The position numbers were made by a program, and so were the translations under genes. A stretch of DNA of 58,194 nucleotides, the filler included, from Sphacelaria rigidula (lineage: Eukaryota): NCBI GenBank assembly GCA_964200075.2. It is 7 parts of 7 records of this genome, joined end to end, with 100 filler letters (N's around TTAATTAATTAA, not from the genome) between each part and the next. Parts side by side here need not be neighbours in the genome. Positions count along the whole stretch, not along the records: positions 33,315 to 41,542 come from CAXNAA020011852.1; positions 41,643 to 49,868 come from CAXNAA020011853.1; positions 49,969 to 58,194 come from CAXNAA020011854.1; 4 more parts are not named here. The stretch is one strand, 5' to 3'. Under the pieces are notes generated by a model, which saw nothing but the letters and a program-made list of their open reading frames with translations, was not told where the DNA came from and searched no databases. Of this stretch, positions 38,304-51,328 are shown piece after piece. Position 1 is the first letter of the stretch; the number at the start of each line of letters is the position of its first letter.

Positions 38304-39013
38304 GTGTGTTGTCGTCCTCTGGACGCCAGTCTACACCACTCGGTATATGTGGGCGCACCAGCCGGGGTCACACAGGAGGACGGCCAACACAGGAGTTTTT
38401 TTATGGTTTGTTTAAGTTCTCCACCTTCTGCGGTGTGTGTTGTGTGTTGTCATCCCATCTATTCTGGACACCGGTCTACACCTTTCGGTATATGTGGGCA
38501 TACCGGCCGGGGTCACACAGGAGGAAGGTCAAGACTGGTTCTTTTTTATTTATTTTTATTTGCTGTAATACCCCTTCTTCCTTCTGCGGTGTTTGCCTTT
38601 TATTTTTGATCGCGAGAGGGGTTCAGCTGCCCCTTTCCCTCGTCGACCGTTGAGTCGAATTTTGTGTGCCCACGACATAGTCGCTCTCCACTGTCGGGCA
38701 TGGTGTGGGAAAAACTCCCAGATCGCTCCAAGAATTGAACCCACGACCCGATCGTCTGAAGGTTCCGAGGTTACCAACTGAGCCACCGGGGCGACCGGTG
38801 CTTGCCTTTTACTTTTTATCACGAAAGGGGTTCAGCACTCCCTTTCCCTCGTCGATAATCAAGTCGAATTCTGTGTACCCACGACATAGCCGCTCTCCAA
38901 TGCTGGGAATTGTGTGAGGAAAAAAACCGAGATCGCTCCGAGATTCGAACACACGACCCAACCGCCAGAAGGTTTCGAGGTTACCGACTGAGCCAGCCAC
39001 CGGGGCGACCGGC
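38304..39013 (-). mobile_element. Tandem/nested tRNA-derived SINE copies (family 1)
   Basis: Two tRNA-like heads ending at ~39013 and ~38799 (gccggtcgccccggtggctcag..ggt; ggttc.a.tc), one full body (~38444-38799) and a duplicated 3' part (~38304-38435). Confidence 0.82.
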
Positions 39014-41149
39014 TTTACATGGTGTGTGAAATATTGAAAGCGCCCTGACGACGCATCATAGCGCTCGGTGCACTTGAGGTTGGCTGTAAGCTTGCAGGCA
39101 ACCTACTTGTGATACTCTGTGCTGCTCTTTGTCCTATTCGCGCCGGAGACACTTTTTAGAGTCAAGCAGGGGGACCAGCCCTTGGTGTAGGGCACGCCCA
39201 CCGCGTTCCACGGTTAAGCTGCTCCTGAGAATGCGATCGTGTAAAACGTTACTAGGATGATCATTTTTCAGTATCCGTAGCATCATAATCGCCATGATTC
39301 ACACCCTGAAAACCGGTTTCATGGAAAGCCCTACTACCGGGCACCATATGCTCCTAATAGGACAGGTCTTGGATCCTTGATGCCGGTGCCGCAACAACCA
39401 CAAACACCATCGAGCAGAGCCACCGCTGGAGGGGATAAGGTTCATTCTTATCGATACTGTTTTCTCGGAGACCTCTCAATTTTTCAGACATCTGAGACTC
39501 TGCGTTCGGGTGTCTCCGACAGTGAAGCAGCTTGATATTTCTCCGAACATTCTTTTTTGGACAGGTGTGGAAATTCAGGACCGCAGTCCAGCACTTCCAG
39601 GAGCTGCCCTGTGTGTACACCGTGGCGCCCAACAGCTTTCGAGTAGTCATCTCATGTCCGAAATTTTCGAAGATCTCTGGAAAAAACAGTGTCGATAATG
39701 ATGGGCGTAGTCTAATACAAAAGCCCAACTTTAAAGGTTGTACAGCTCGTCAGACCACCACAAGAAGTATGTCAGCATAACGAGAAGGAGCCGTCGCATC
39801 CACCGACACGCACGGGCAGACAAGACAACAAGCAGGGTACCCTTGACGAACGATGCTACACTAGGAAGCAGGCTAGTAGGGGAGTGGCGTTCATTCCGGC
39901 ACGTTCCGTCTAGCTATGCCCCTCCCGCAGCACCCGCACACCCGGCTGCTTCTGCGAGCAAGGCAGCCAGCCGCACAGCAGGCAACACAGGGGCAACTCT
40001 CAACGCGCCAACGGCGCAGTAGTATCTGGCCGGCGCAGAGGGTGTGGGGCGAAGCTCATGCCCCCAGTCAATTTGGGTACAACGCGAAAGTACCGTGGTA
40101 TATGTGCATCACACCGTACAGAATACACAAGGGTACAGGGAGATCCGCCAAAAATACAGTAAAGAAACGCCTACTGGTCATGAACAACCGCAAGAATACA
40201 GGTGGGGAGTTGAGATCGCCTTGTAAGCACGAACGTATTCGGATGATCCTCATGTTCATCGGCTCGTCGTGCATGACAAGCTTCATCTCCGTATGGTCAA
40301 GGTCCCGCATGCGTGAAAATTGCGGCACTTTTGAAATTGGAGGATGGTCAAGAGATGGAACGTACGCGAAAAAGCATCATGCTTCAAGGCCCTCTGTTTA
40401 ACCACGCACGCGGTCATACGCAACAAATACCGAAGACACGCGCGCAGTTCCTGCAGATATATTTTGAGCAAAAAAGACAAGTTTCACCGTTTCTTAGAGC
40501 ACAAAAATCTGCCCACGAAAATCCATCGCCGTGGTCCGCGGTGTCTGGATACTTTCCCCGGAGGCTGATAGAAGCATACGCTATGCTAAGGAGGTCAAAG
40601 ACTCGAACCTCTGAATTGATTCCCGCCCCTAGAGGGGAATTTCAACTCTTGGACACTCAAAAATTGCGAACTATGCAGCACTTCGTGGTGAAGACCTCAG
40701 AATGGTCAATATGCCCTCTTCTAATTTTTCCCTGCCTAGAGCGACGATTCAAGATATGGATATTCCTGGGGGCATGGGAATCATATACGTTGACTGTACG
40801 TGTTTCCTCCAGCGACTTCAGTTTTCACCGAGCTATCGTCGTTTTTGCCCAGGAGTCAGTTAGCATTGCCCACACCAAAATGTCAGCGCTACCGGACAAC
40901 GACGCAGCTAAGTTGAGTCTTGCACCCAACCTCCCCATACCCCCTACCCGAAGCTTGGAGGCCATGATTGGTGTGTCTGCACAGCGCGAAGTTATGGGGG
41001 TCCCCCAATGACTTATAAGAGCGCGGCCCGCAATCTGAGTCGGCTGCACGGTTGCAGTAAGTCGACTCGTGCTTTGCTGCTGTTCAAGCTGTTTGCCCCG
41101 GAGGCATGTTTTTGGTATGTCTTGTAGAAACCTTTCCCCTATGCTTGGC

Positions 41150-41542
41150 CTGTTTAGGCAAAAACTCGGCATGCTCCATCCCGGCTTTGTAGGGACGGAC
41201 CTATTACGCGATTGACGTCGGTTTTCAATGACGCTGGAAGGCACGCCACTCACTACCTAAGCTAGGCAACCAGGTAAGTGTTTTGTTTTGCGCGCTTGAG
41301 TTTCACTTGCGGTAACGATTATGGTGGTCAAGCTAGATAGTTTTTTTCGGAAAACCTCAAGTCCGCGCAAACGGTGACGATCACATTATGTAGTGTATAA
41401 GTGGTGAGACACCCATGACGCAGTGTGTAAGCCATGACTGTCTCTGAAAGTGGCATTACCAGAAAATGAAGCAACTCATTGGAGGCTGTCATCCAAATGC
41501 AAGATAATCGGTAAGCTTCGGGAGGGGGGTACTCACGATCAT
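41150..41542. repeat. High-copy non-coding interspersed repeat (G/C-tract family)
   Basis: aaaactcggcatgctccatcccggctttgtaggga...cacgccactcact...gctaggcaacc...ggtgagacaccc...atgcaagataa is shared with 57670-58194 and, reversed, with 8330-8400. Confidence 0.8.
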
Positions 41543-41642
41543 NNNNNNNNNNNNNNNNNNNNNNNNNNNNNNNNNNNNNNNNNNNNTTAATTAATTAANN
41601 NNNNNNNNNNNNNNNNNNNNNNNNNNNNNNNNNNNNNNNNNN
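41543..41642. other. Artificial contig linker
   Basis: 44N-TTAATTAATTAA-44N. Confidence 0.98.
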
Positions 41643-41914
41643 TGGGGAAAGCACTGTTTTAGGCTTGAGCCTCATCTCGAAGTTAAACCTCAATTCTCAC
41701 AATTTGTTGTTTTTTACATATCTATCGTATCCCCGTCCTGTTTCGCCGTCTGTGGCCACCATTGATCTCCTAGTATACTGTGGTAATCGTTTTCTCGCTA
41801 CTGTCTGACGAATCAAACGATTCCATGCTGTCTTCGTTCACGTCCCGCATTTCCCCCTCTAGCACAAGGGGCATTACAGACTGGAAAACAGTTTATACCC
41901 CCCCCTTCCAATTA

Positions 41915-42143
41915 AATTCGGCCTCACGGTCGACGAGGGAAAGGGATTGCTGAACCCTTCTGACGATAAAGGAAAAATAAGGGAAGCACCGCAGCAGAAA
42001 GGTGGAGAATTAAAACGAATGAAAAAGAAAAAACGCCTGTGTTGGCCTTCCTCCTGTGTGACCCCAGCTCGTGCGCCCATACATACCGAAACGTGTAGGC
42101 TGGCGTCCAGAACAGATGGGACGACAACACAGACACAGACACA
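41915..42143 (+). mobile_element. 5'-truncated SINE family 1 copy with (ACACAG)n tail
   Basis: ggtcgacgagggaaaggg...agcaccgcagcagaaaggtggag...cctcctgtgtgacccc...gcgtccagaacagatgggacgacaacacagacacagacacag. Confidence 0.75.
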
Positions 42144-42344
42144 GCAAATGCAGACGTTGCTCAGCCAAGGCTCCACGTACCCCTACCACCTGCCGTTCAG
42201 CCCCATAGCATACATAGCTTGTACACAAGCCTGGCACAAGCCGGGAAAAGTGGTTCATGCACGTGCTGCACAGTACAGTACCTACTATCGTCATTATCCA
42301 TCTGATCAGGGGGGTATCTACCCATCCAAAATGGGGTACCCCCC

Positions 42345-43760
42345 ACCACCACCCGTCGCCCAGAATGAGGTTTTCGGGAATCGGGGGCGGTGAATAATGC
42401 ATTCCAGTCTCTGCTAGGCCCCTTGCTGTCCAGCACGTCCCGTTCCTCCTTGTTGTACAGTATAGTTGACATTCTGCCAATATATGACTTCTGCTCTCTA
42501 TTCCTTTGCCAAACGGGCAGTTCTGCCCATCTACTTCCTCCTCCTTTCGACTACTGCATGCCTTCGTTTCAAGTGAGTATATTCCCAACTCTGCTCTCAA
42601 AACTGCATTATTACTCGTCGTTTTCGAGCATTTTTCGAGCATCCAAGGATTTTCTCAGCTGCTGCCATCAGTACTGTTTCCGACCTCTCAACCAATTTCA
42701 CGTTCCCCTCCCATACTTCTCCCGCATATTCCAGCTTTGGTACGATCACGTTCATCACGATACATCTCTCATTCCTAGTGTATAGGTGCGGGTCTCTGAG
42801 GATCACATCCTTCCTGCCTATCTGTGTCTTACCCTTTTCTATTACTTTATTTTATGTGTGCATCCCAAGAACATTTTTTCGAGATCTCTAGGCCAAGGTA
42901 TGTTTACTGGTCTACGATCGGCAGTTCCTCTTCTCCCCACTTCCACTTAAACTCTACCGGATTTTTCTTATCTTCGTTACAGACGAGTGCCGCGCATTTC
43001 TCAACGTTCGCTCTCACTCTTCATGTCCTAGTGTACTTGAGCGCCTTGTCTATCTGTGTCTGTAATCCTCGTGTTGTTCCTGAACTCCCCACAAAATCAT
43101 ATCTTCATCCACCTTGATCCCTTGCTTTGCTGCTTCTATTGCTATTATCGGGTCATTGAGAAGTACCTCGAACGAAGTGGGTGATAGCGTACATCCTCGT
43201 GCAACTCCTTGGAAGATATCAAAATATTCCGATAACTTCCCGTCTAGAATCATGGCACACGTTTGGCACATTCTGTCATCTTCTTCGCCATTCTCCACAT
43301 CTTTCCTCTGATCCCAGCTTCCCACAACTTTTTCCACAACCCATTTGTTCATACTGTGTCGTGAGCATTTTGCACGCCCAGAAAGAAACAGTACGTTGTC
43401 AGCCCGGCGTCTTTCCTACCTTGAATAATCTTACCTCATGTGTAAGATTGGTCTACGCAACTATGGTTTGGTCTGAAACCTGCTTGTCCCTTGCTGATTT
43501 TTTCTTCCTTTTCTAGCATTGTTCCTACTCTGTCGTTCAGAATATTACAGAGTGTTTTCCCTACCGTGCTCAGGAGCGTTATTCCTCTATAGTTTCCTGG
43601 GTCAGATTTGTCTCCTTTTTTGAGAAGATTGACGACTACTCCTTCTCTCCACCTCTTGGGTGTGTACTCGTTTTCCTAGATCCAGTTGTACAGCATAACC
43701 ATCACGGTAATCATTCCCTCTGCCCCGTACTTTGGAAATGAATTCACTATTCCGAGGGGA
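42345..43760 (-). mobile_element. Degenerate non-LTR retrotransposon (LINE) ORF2: RT, thumb and C-terminal zinc knuckle
   Basis: Across frameshifts: WREGVVVNLLKKGDKSDPGNYRGITLLSTVGK (RT N-terminal motifs), QGVARGCTLSPTSF (RT motif), IVPKLEYAGEVW...AVLRAELG (thumb), CPFGKGIESRSHILAEC (CCHC-like knuckle). Confidence 0.88.
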
Positions 43761-46091
43761 AGGGTGCGGGCGTAGGGATTTGCTTATTGTTGCATCACCT
43801 ATGGAACATATGAATAGACACGAAAACAACGCCAGTGCTTCCGGACCAAGCTTTCTTTGCGCTATACTCACCAGACTTGGTTTTTCTCAGTGGAGTATAT
43901 ACCTCAGTGATGAAAATAGTAGACAGTTTCACAAGCAAGTGCGTTTTTTTCTGCCGTTCTTCGCGTTTTGTGTTTCTTCTGCGCTGCGTGTGGAACCAAG
44001 AGGGGGCTTTTGACACTATCATCAATAGCACAGGCCGGGTTAGAGCTGCGGTCAGCCAACATCATCTAGGAGTGACTGTTCCCTTCATGGTAGTGGTTGT
44101 TAGAGATAATGGTTAGGTTTACTGTGCTTGTGACGATGGTAGAAGTTCTCCTCAGCGATCAGTTGATGTGTGAAAATCAATATAACCAGCCAAGCGACCA
44201 ATCAATCAAGATTACATGTCTTACGGAACCCATTTCGTCAGTTAATGTAAGCTTTCTACTGTTTGAAGCCGCAAGGACGTATCGAACCGTGGTTTTGGGG
44301 CCTCAGGGAGATAGATCCTTCCAGGCCTTCCCTCGGGGCCGTTCTCCGCCCAACGTTTTTGTCCGTCTGCGTTCATTTTTTTCTTTCTGCCTTCCACTGC
44401 TTCTTCGTGCTTGCTGTCTTGCCTTTATTGGGGGGGGGGGGGGGGATACTTCTTTTTTTTTTGCCTTCGTTTTTGTAACATTGACCCCCCCTCCCTTTTT
44501 GAGCGNNNNNNNNNNCTCATTTGTTGCTTGCCTTAGTCGTGTGACCATTGACCACGCATCCCTTTCGAGACGGAGCACCGTTCCTACTCTTTCTTGCCAT
44601 CCTCTCTATCTCTGTCTCTGTCTCTGTCTGTCTGTATATCTGTCTCTCATACCTTGTTCGAGAATAGTATTGTCTTATCATGTTGTTTGCTTTTCTACTG
44701 CAGTGGTGTTTGTATCCCGCCCCCCCGTAGAGGTTGTGGACGACAGTTCATGCCCACAGAAAGAGCGTGGTCTCCATATTGCTCCCATGTTGTTTTTCGC
44801 ACAGCCTTTTCGCCTACAGCCATGCTGTAGGGGCTCTCACCACCTTGTGTGTGCTCGTTTGTACTATATCTTTTTTTCCGTTGCTTTTGTGTTGGTCATA
44901 ATTTTTATAATTTTCATCTAAACCAGCTTTTCGTGTTCTCATTTCCTATTCGTTTCCCTTCCTATTCTGCATCTTTTGTCCCGCTCCGTTTGCCCTCCTA
45001 ATTTTGCTCGGTGTACTCCGCGTGTGTCATACTCCTTCCTTCCCTTATCTTCTCTCTTTCTCGACTTTCCTCCAAGGGGGGTGTATTTTCGTATTTGCGT
45101 TGACCATGGGTACCCTGGTCTATCTTGTGGATACTAGAGAGTTTCGGAAAACGATTTTTTTGTCATTTCAGAGTGCAAATATCTCAGGATCAAAGTGCAA
45201 AATAAAAAAATATAAACACCCCATCCAAAAGAAGTTAAGGGGATACCACATGTGATCGAGGGGGAAATATGTTTTCGTTACACTCTGATCCTGAGATATT
45301 TGTACTCTGAAATGACAAAAAAAAGCGTTTTCCGAAACTCTTTAATGACCACTGCTGCGTCCCTAGGGGATCGGCTCCTGTGCGACAACCAATCAACCAC
45401 CTTTACCTTCGGCACAACAAAAGTGACCATGGCTGGATACGCAGCGAGTCCGTGAATGTGGTACAAGCAACCAATCAAGCAATTAACCAGTCGATGTTCA
45501 TGGCTCACCTATTCAGGATGTGGTGAAGTTGATTTCTTGTATTCGAGCAGTCGACGGCGACCTTCGTTCATCACTTCTGAAGTCAATGAAAAATGAATTC
45601 ATGAGGACTTTAGGACGCCCGCGTTTTTCTTCGCTAGCCTCAAAATGTTTTCGGTGCATATTTCGCTGCTTCCATGCATGAATCAGCCTGATGTTACAAG
45701 AGTCCGGCAACAGGGGGTCTCCCAGAGCAGTCTCCGTGAGTGCCGCAGACATCATGGCCATGAGCGGCAACGCCGGCAGTAATGTTAGCGGCAACGGAAA
45801 GGTGAGAGTAGCAAAAGTAGTGTAAAAATGATGATTATGTTTATGATGATTCGGGAGAACAAATGTGTAGCAAAGAGACCATCGATGTACAAGTGAACAA
45901 CATTCATCCAATAACTTCTGTCTCCTGAGACATCGGTATGAAGAGCGCATGATGTTTGCCGGGTACACGATTGCTGCGAGTATCCGTGTTGTACATTCGG
46001 CTTCACATACAACGTGTCCATAGCTCATTCATCCAGCTCTGCTGCTGTTCATGGTTTACCTATACCCAAGCCATCGTCTTCTTTCACACGT

Positions 46092-46417
46092 ACGTGGGCA
46101 TTGCACTATTCAGAATGTGTAATCCCAACACCTGTGAGTCTGTATGTGAAGCTGGTGTCTGGCATCTGTACCACAAACGTTAAGCTAATCGTATGAAGTA
46201 GATATCACAGGTTGGTAATCAGCACAACGTGCTGTGTCAGGTTATTGTTCCCAACGTGGGCATTGCACTATTCAGAATGTGTAATCCCAACACCTGTGAG
46301 TCTGTATGTGAAGCTGGTGTCTGGCATCTGTACCACAAACGTTAAGCTAATCGTCTGAAGTAGATATCACAGGTTGGTAATCAGCACAACGTGCTGTGTC
46401 AGGTTATTGTTCCCAAC
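46092..46417. repeat. Near-perfect 162-bp tandem duplication
   Basis: acgtgggcattgcac...gttattgttccca starts at 46092 and 46254. One visible mismatch (gtatgaag/gtctgaag). Confidence 0.92.
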
Positions 46418-47447
46418 CCTATGAAAGACAGAAAATAGCGAAAACAAATGGTTTTCCTTGTGTGTCTACCTTGCTCCGGCTTGATACTACCAGTGTGACG
46501 TAGAGCGCGAAGTGTTTTCGTTGGACACTCAATACACACTTCACTCACCATACAAAGCGTAAGACGGGATTTCCCCTGCCGTTGCAATTCTGCAAAGTTT
46601 CAGGCGATCAACAGTAGCGATAAATGAACGGTGTGCTTCGTAGACCAAATACCACTCCATACACCCCTTGGTTCTCTGTCCTCGTGTGTCAGGTTGCTGC
46701 TCATGGTCTGAAATCCTTTTTTTGTAGTGCTGTTTTATGACGGCTGCCCCGTTTTTCTTGTGAAAGCGTGATGTGCTTGTGTGCACATTCTCGAGACATG
46801 GAAACTGGGCATCACTTTTTACTTACCCTCCGATGAGACGACGTACGAAACAAACCCGAATAATTTTATAAACAAACCTGCCACAATAGGTATTGTTGTC
46901 TACTGCATGAGGTTTTACGAGACCTCCCCCACTCATCCCCATGAGCCCGGAAAACAAATGCGTATTTGCACGCAGGTGGCGCCTTTCGACCTAGTGTTTG
47001 AGTACAACCACGCTGTCGAGGGATGGCAGGCCTTGAGCCGGCCCACGATCTCACGGCTCGGAGAGGTGGTACACACCATAGGTGACTTCATGCGTGAAAT
47101 GAGCAAGCTTCTGCAAAAGGAATACCCGAGGTGAAGCCTAAGATGTCCGACTGTACTCTCTCCGTGAATGCATTCGATGGAGTATCCCACACTGACTGAT
47201 TCTCTGCAAGCCCAGAATGATAAGTGGGGAGTTGATAGATATGCGGAAGGTAGGAAATGGGGGAGCACTCGGCACTGTAGGATCCTCGATTAGGAAGACA
47301 GAGCAATTGACCGAGAAGGAAACATGCATATATGTCTATACTGCATATGCGCCAATCAATGCGCCGATCAAGATGCTATATACTCGTTTTATATATGCGC
47401 TACATATAGCTCTGGAAATCAAGATACACGACATGCAAACGCGCACA

Positions 47448-47801
47448 GTGTGTTGTCGTCCCATCTGTTCTGGACGCCGGTCTACACCTTTCGGTATATG
47501 TGGACTCACCATCCGGGGTCACACAGGAGGAAGGTCAACACAGGAGTTTTTATTTTCTTGTTCGTTCATAATACCCCACCTTCCTTCTGCGGTGCTTGCA
47601 TTTATTTTTTATCGCGAGAGGGGCTCAGCACTCCCTGTCCCTCGTCGACCGTTAAGTAGATTTTTTGTACCCACAACATAGTCGCTCTCCACTGTTGGGC
47701 ATGGTGTGAGAACAAAATACCAGATCGCTCCGAGACTTGAACCCACAACCCGACTGTCAGACGGGTTCGATGTTACCAACTAAGCCACCGGCGTGACCGG
47801 C
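47448..47801 (-). mobile_element. Full-length tRNA-derived SINE (family 1), ~350 bp
   Basis: Head gccggtcacgccggtggcttagttggt...gggttcaagtc, shared body, tail ...cagatgggacgacaacacac. Confidence 0.82.
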
Positions 47802-48857
47802 TATAGTGTGAACAGAGCAATCGCCCAGGTGGGTATAAAACAGGCTGGATCCGTTTTTGAGGTTCAACATTTGGGTGAGGTTCAACTCGAAAACAGTGTT
47901 TTCCTTGACCTAAAAGTCATGACCAATGAATTTAATATGGACGACCTAGTGCCCCCCGACCTCCTTGAGACTATTTTTGGGGGTTTCCCGTCTTCCGTGT
48001 CCCCAAAGCGTATGTACGGAATCACCTTCTTGCCTCAATATCGTGGTCCAAAAGGGGACGTTTTTAGCCCGAAATTTGTGCTTTCGCTACGATGACGGCC
48101 ACGTCGGTGCTCCGGCCGTCGACTCTAGCGTTGTGGGTGTAGTGGGGGGCACACGAGTTCCTTATCGTAGCTATTAATAGTATGCCTCTTGTGAGGACCG
48201 AATGAGTTAGCGAGCTCCCTGACAATAGGAGAACACGCTTTTTGGGGCCTGTTAATGGGACCGAGATTGCCGAACCCGAAGAAGGTGAACAATCGTGCTC
48301 TTGACAACCGCTTCGTTTCAATCACACCTCCCATCCCCCGCCGCCGCCCCCCATCGCTTTTTCACGACCTGTGTACTTTGCCTTGGTACCGCTGCCTCAA
48401 CCGGCTGTCGATATCCACGTCGCATTGCTTTCGCGTCAATTCACATCCTGGACAGCCCGCCATTCCTTCACATGCCGTTGGACTTCAAAGATCTAGAAGG
48501 GGTGGGCATCGACAAGGAGTTGGTCGCCTTAACTTGCGGAGAACCGGCGCCGGGTGACAGCGCGGGATCCGCGATAGAGGTGCTGGGAAAAGCTGTTTTT
48601 GTCTTGTATTTTTCCTTTCGGTTTCGAAAAGTTGGACTGCAAGTCAGCGATCCTGCCGGTCGTGAGTCACAACCCTTGCGGTGATGCGGTTTATTATTCA
48701 TGCACGAATTGCATGCTCTTTCTGTACCATAACAAAAAGATCCCCCAAACCTACTCTATTAGAGCTCGGAAATCGTACCAGTTATAACTGGCCATTATCA
48801 TTATGTACACAAAGTCCGGGTTGAGCACGCTAATACAAGCTCCTATTGTGCGGCCGC

Positions 48858-48864
48858 AATATAC

Positions 48865-48900
<36 letters not shown>
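48858..48900. repeat. (AT)n microsatellite
   Basis: Interrupted AT dinucleotide run. Confidence 0.9.
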
Positions 48901-49579
48901 GTAGGTGTGTGTAGACAATGGACTCCGGGCATTCTATATATTTACCGCGGAGGTTTTCGGCGCAAACACACAGTGGTTAGTCGTTCAGTCGCGAGTCGTT
49001 TTATATACACCGCAGAGGTCTTTGGCGCACACAGTGGTTAGCTGGTTAGTCCCTCTGCTACATTTTATGCAAAAGAAACCTCACGCACACACCATCACCC
49101 GTGTACTAAAAGCAACTGCACGAAACGGAAACCTCGTCTTCGCATGTTCAACCGCCGACCACGTCTACCTCCCGTACGCCCCGCTGCGTACTTGTCCGCA
49201 TATTCCGCTCTTCCATGACGCAGGAGACTGACCGAAACACAGATGATATCCTGTCCAAGCCGAAGGGGGCTCCGAAGGACAAGCTCGCGCACTATCGGGT
49301 GGCCCCGTTTTATTATTTTCAGGCACGTGCGTTGTACTGTAGTAGTAGCAGGTATGCTCTGCTTGCTTTCTTGTGCACGCTTCGTGTGCGTGTGCATGTC
49401 GACGAGAGCCGACGGGCGGCGGGAGAGCGTACTCAATGTCTGATTTGAAATGTCTCGCGAAGGTGCAGCGGAAGAGATAGGTTGGCCCCTCCTGAGACTG
49501 AGGACTCGTTGCGAGGCGGGGATGGGCAGAGTGGGGGAGGGAGGAGGGGGGCAATAAAAGTATGAATATATACATATGT

Positions 49580-49633
49580 GTGTATGTATGTATGTATGTA
49601 TGTATGCATGTATGCATGTATGTATGTATGTAT
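49580..49633. repeat. (TATG)n microsatellite
   Basis: About 13 tatg/catg units. Confidence 0.9.
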
Positions 49634-49868
49634 ATTGGGTGTGTGCTTGAACGGACGAAAAGCAACGATACAAAGCAACACGAAGCGTATCGTGGTTTCC
49701 GCTCCCTGGCCTCCTTCGTCCAGTGAGGTACACGCGGCGTGCTCCATCCCGACTTTGTAGGAATGCGAAGTCTATGGTCGGATGACGACGATATATGCAA
49801 GATCATGAGTACACCCCCCCCCCCCACCACACCACCAACCCCACAAGCGAAAGACCAAAACACAAACA

Positions 49869-49968
49869 NNNNNNNNNNNNNNNNNNNNNNNNNNNNNNNN
49901 NNNNNNNNNNNNTTAATTAATTAANNNNNNNNNNNNNNNNNNNNNNNNNNNNNNNNNNNNNNNNNNNN
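49869..49968. other. Artificial contig linker
   Basis: 44N-TTAATTAATTAA-44N. Confidence 0.98.
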
Positions 49969-50416
49969 CGACTGATACTGCTTGATACATCTGTACATTG
50001 CCTGATGCGCACAACACCCGAGTTATAGTACAGACAGTTTGTACCTGAAAATAGATTGGATGAAACTTTCGGTCTTCATCTAACCCTGCCGTTACACACA
50101 TTCGTTGATTTTTAGCAACATGGAGTCACTGTCTGTTTCATGCATATGCAGGACACGTCATTCCTAACCAGCCTCGTTGGTCGTTCCGGAGGCCCAGTCC
50201 CAAAAGGGTTGAGACTCGGAAAATATAGTTGGAAACACCTCGTGATACAGATGAAGATGTCTATATACTTCCAATAGCAAGCCCTACGGTGTGCAAGTAC
50301 GTGTTATCGAAATAGTATATAAATATACAATCCGCATCCCTCAGATCTCCTGCTATGAACACAACGTACTCCATGCTACGAAGCGTTGGAGAAGTAGAAC
50401 TTGTGTTTCCATATTT

Positions 50417-50641
50417 GACTGCTGCCGAGATGCCCCCCCCCAAAAACCGGCCAAAAACGTGCACGGGGGCGATGATCATAACTGCCGTTAAAGCTAGTTT
50501 CGTGCTGCACGACGCGACTGATTTGGGCGCTATAGCTGATTTCGGACTGCTACACGCCTCTCATGTNNNNNNNNNNATCGCAGCCGGTTCGTTGGATGGT
50601 GCCGGTGCACTTTTTGTGGGGGGGCTATCTCGGCATTAGTC
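50417..50641. mobile_element. MITE with GAC...GTC termini and 4-bp TSD (ATTT)
   Basis: gactgctgccgagatgcccccccc / gggggggctatctcggcattagtc. ATTT at 50413-50416 and 50642-50645. Contains a 10-N gap. Confidence 0.75.
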
Positions 50642-51140
50642 ATTTCAGCATAGAGTTGGTTGAAGCCGCTCAAGACGAATCCAAACGATTGAGGGGCATT
50701 AGCTAATGAAAATCATTATGCAAATAGGGCGTACAATCTCCATTCCTTGCATCTGCTGACCTGAGCACAACGCACCCCATGCTACGAGGCGTTGAATAGA
50801 TTAGGCTTGTACCCCTAGATCTTCACACAGAGTTGGCCAGAGCTGCCCAAGACGTATCCAAGCGATTGAGGGGATTAGCTAAAAAAAATACGGTAATCGA
50901 TCACCATTAGTTTAAATATGACAGTCTGACGGTCAGTGTGGGAACCACCCTCTTCCCCGGGAAGCGCCTGTGGTCTCACTACCATATCTCCCAGGGTACA
51001 TACCTTGCATTTTTGGTATCGCAGATTGGAACAGGACTCCCGCACCATACGGATTGTTGTCAAATGACCGTTCTTAGCTACTCACGTTCTCACGTTTTCA
51101 ACAACGGAAACCATATACTTTTCAGATAAAAATCCGATTG

Positions 51141-51328
51141 GACACTTTCTACGATAGCCCCCCCCCAAAAAAAAAGTGCATGGTTTTGGGAGGCAAAATC
51201 TTCACGTGAATCGAAATGGGAAACGCCGAGCACCACGAGACGNNNNNNNNNNCATCAGGCGCTGTATGGCCATTTTTTTTGTGACACTTTTAGCTGGTTT
51301 TTTGGGGGGGGCTATCGTAGAAAGTGTC
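51141..51328. mobile_element. MITE with GAC...GTC termini and 4-bp TSD (ATTG)
   Basis: gacactttctacgatagcccccccccaaaa / ttttggggggggctatcgtagaaagtgtc. ATTG at 51137-51140 and 51329-51332. Contains a 10-N gap. Confidence 0.82.

Noticed and set aside
24987-41542. Endogenous phaeovirus (EsV-1-like provirus)
   Set aside because: No NCLDV core genes or dense viral gene packing. The flanks are host-type SINEs and MITEs, and the motif is a known host-expanded family.
44097-44921. 274-aa hydrophobic ORF
   Set aside because: Crosses an N gap, homopolymers, a microsatellite and the G/C-tract repeat. It is a T-rich compositional artefact.
49095-49863. 212-aa and 232-aa minus-strand ORFs
   Set aside because: Run through a (TATG)n microsatellite and the G/C-tract repeat. 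Not credible coding sequence.
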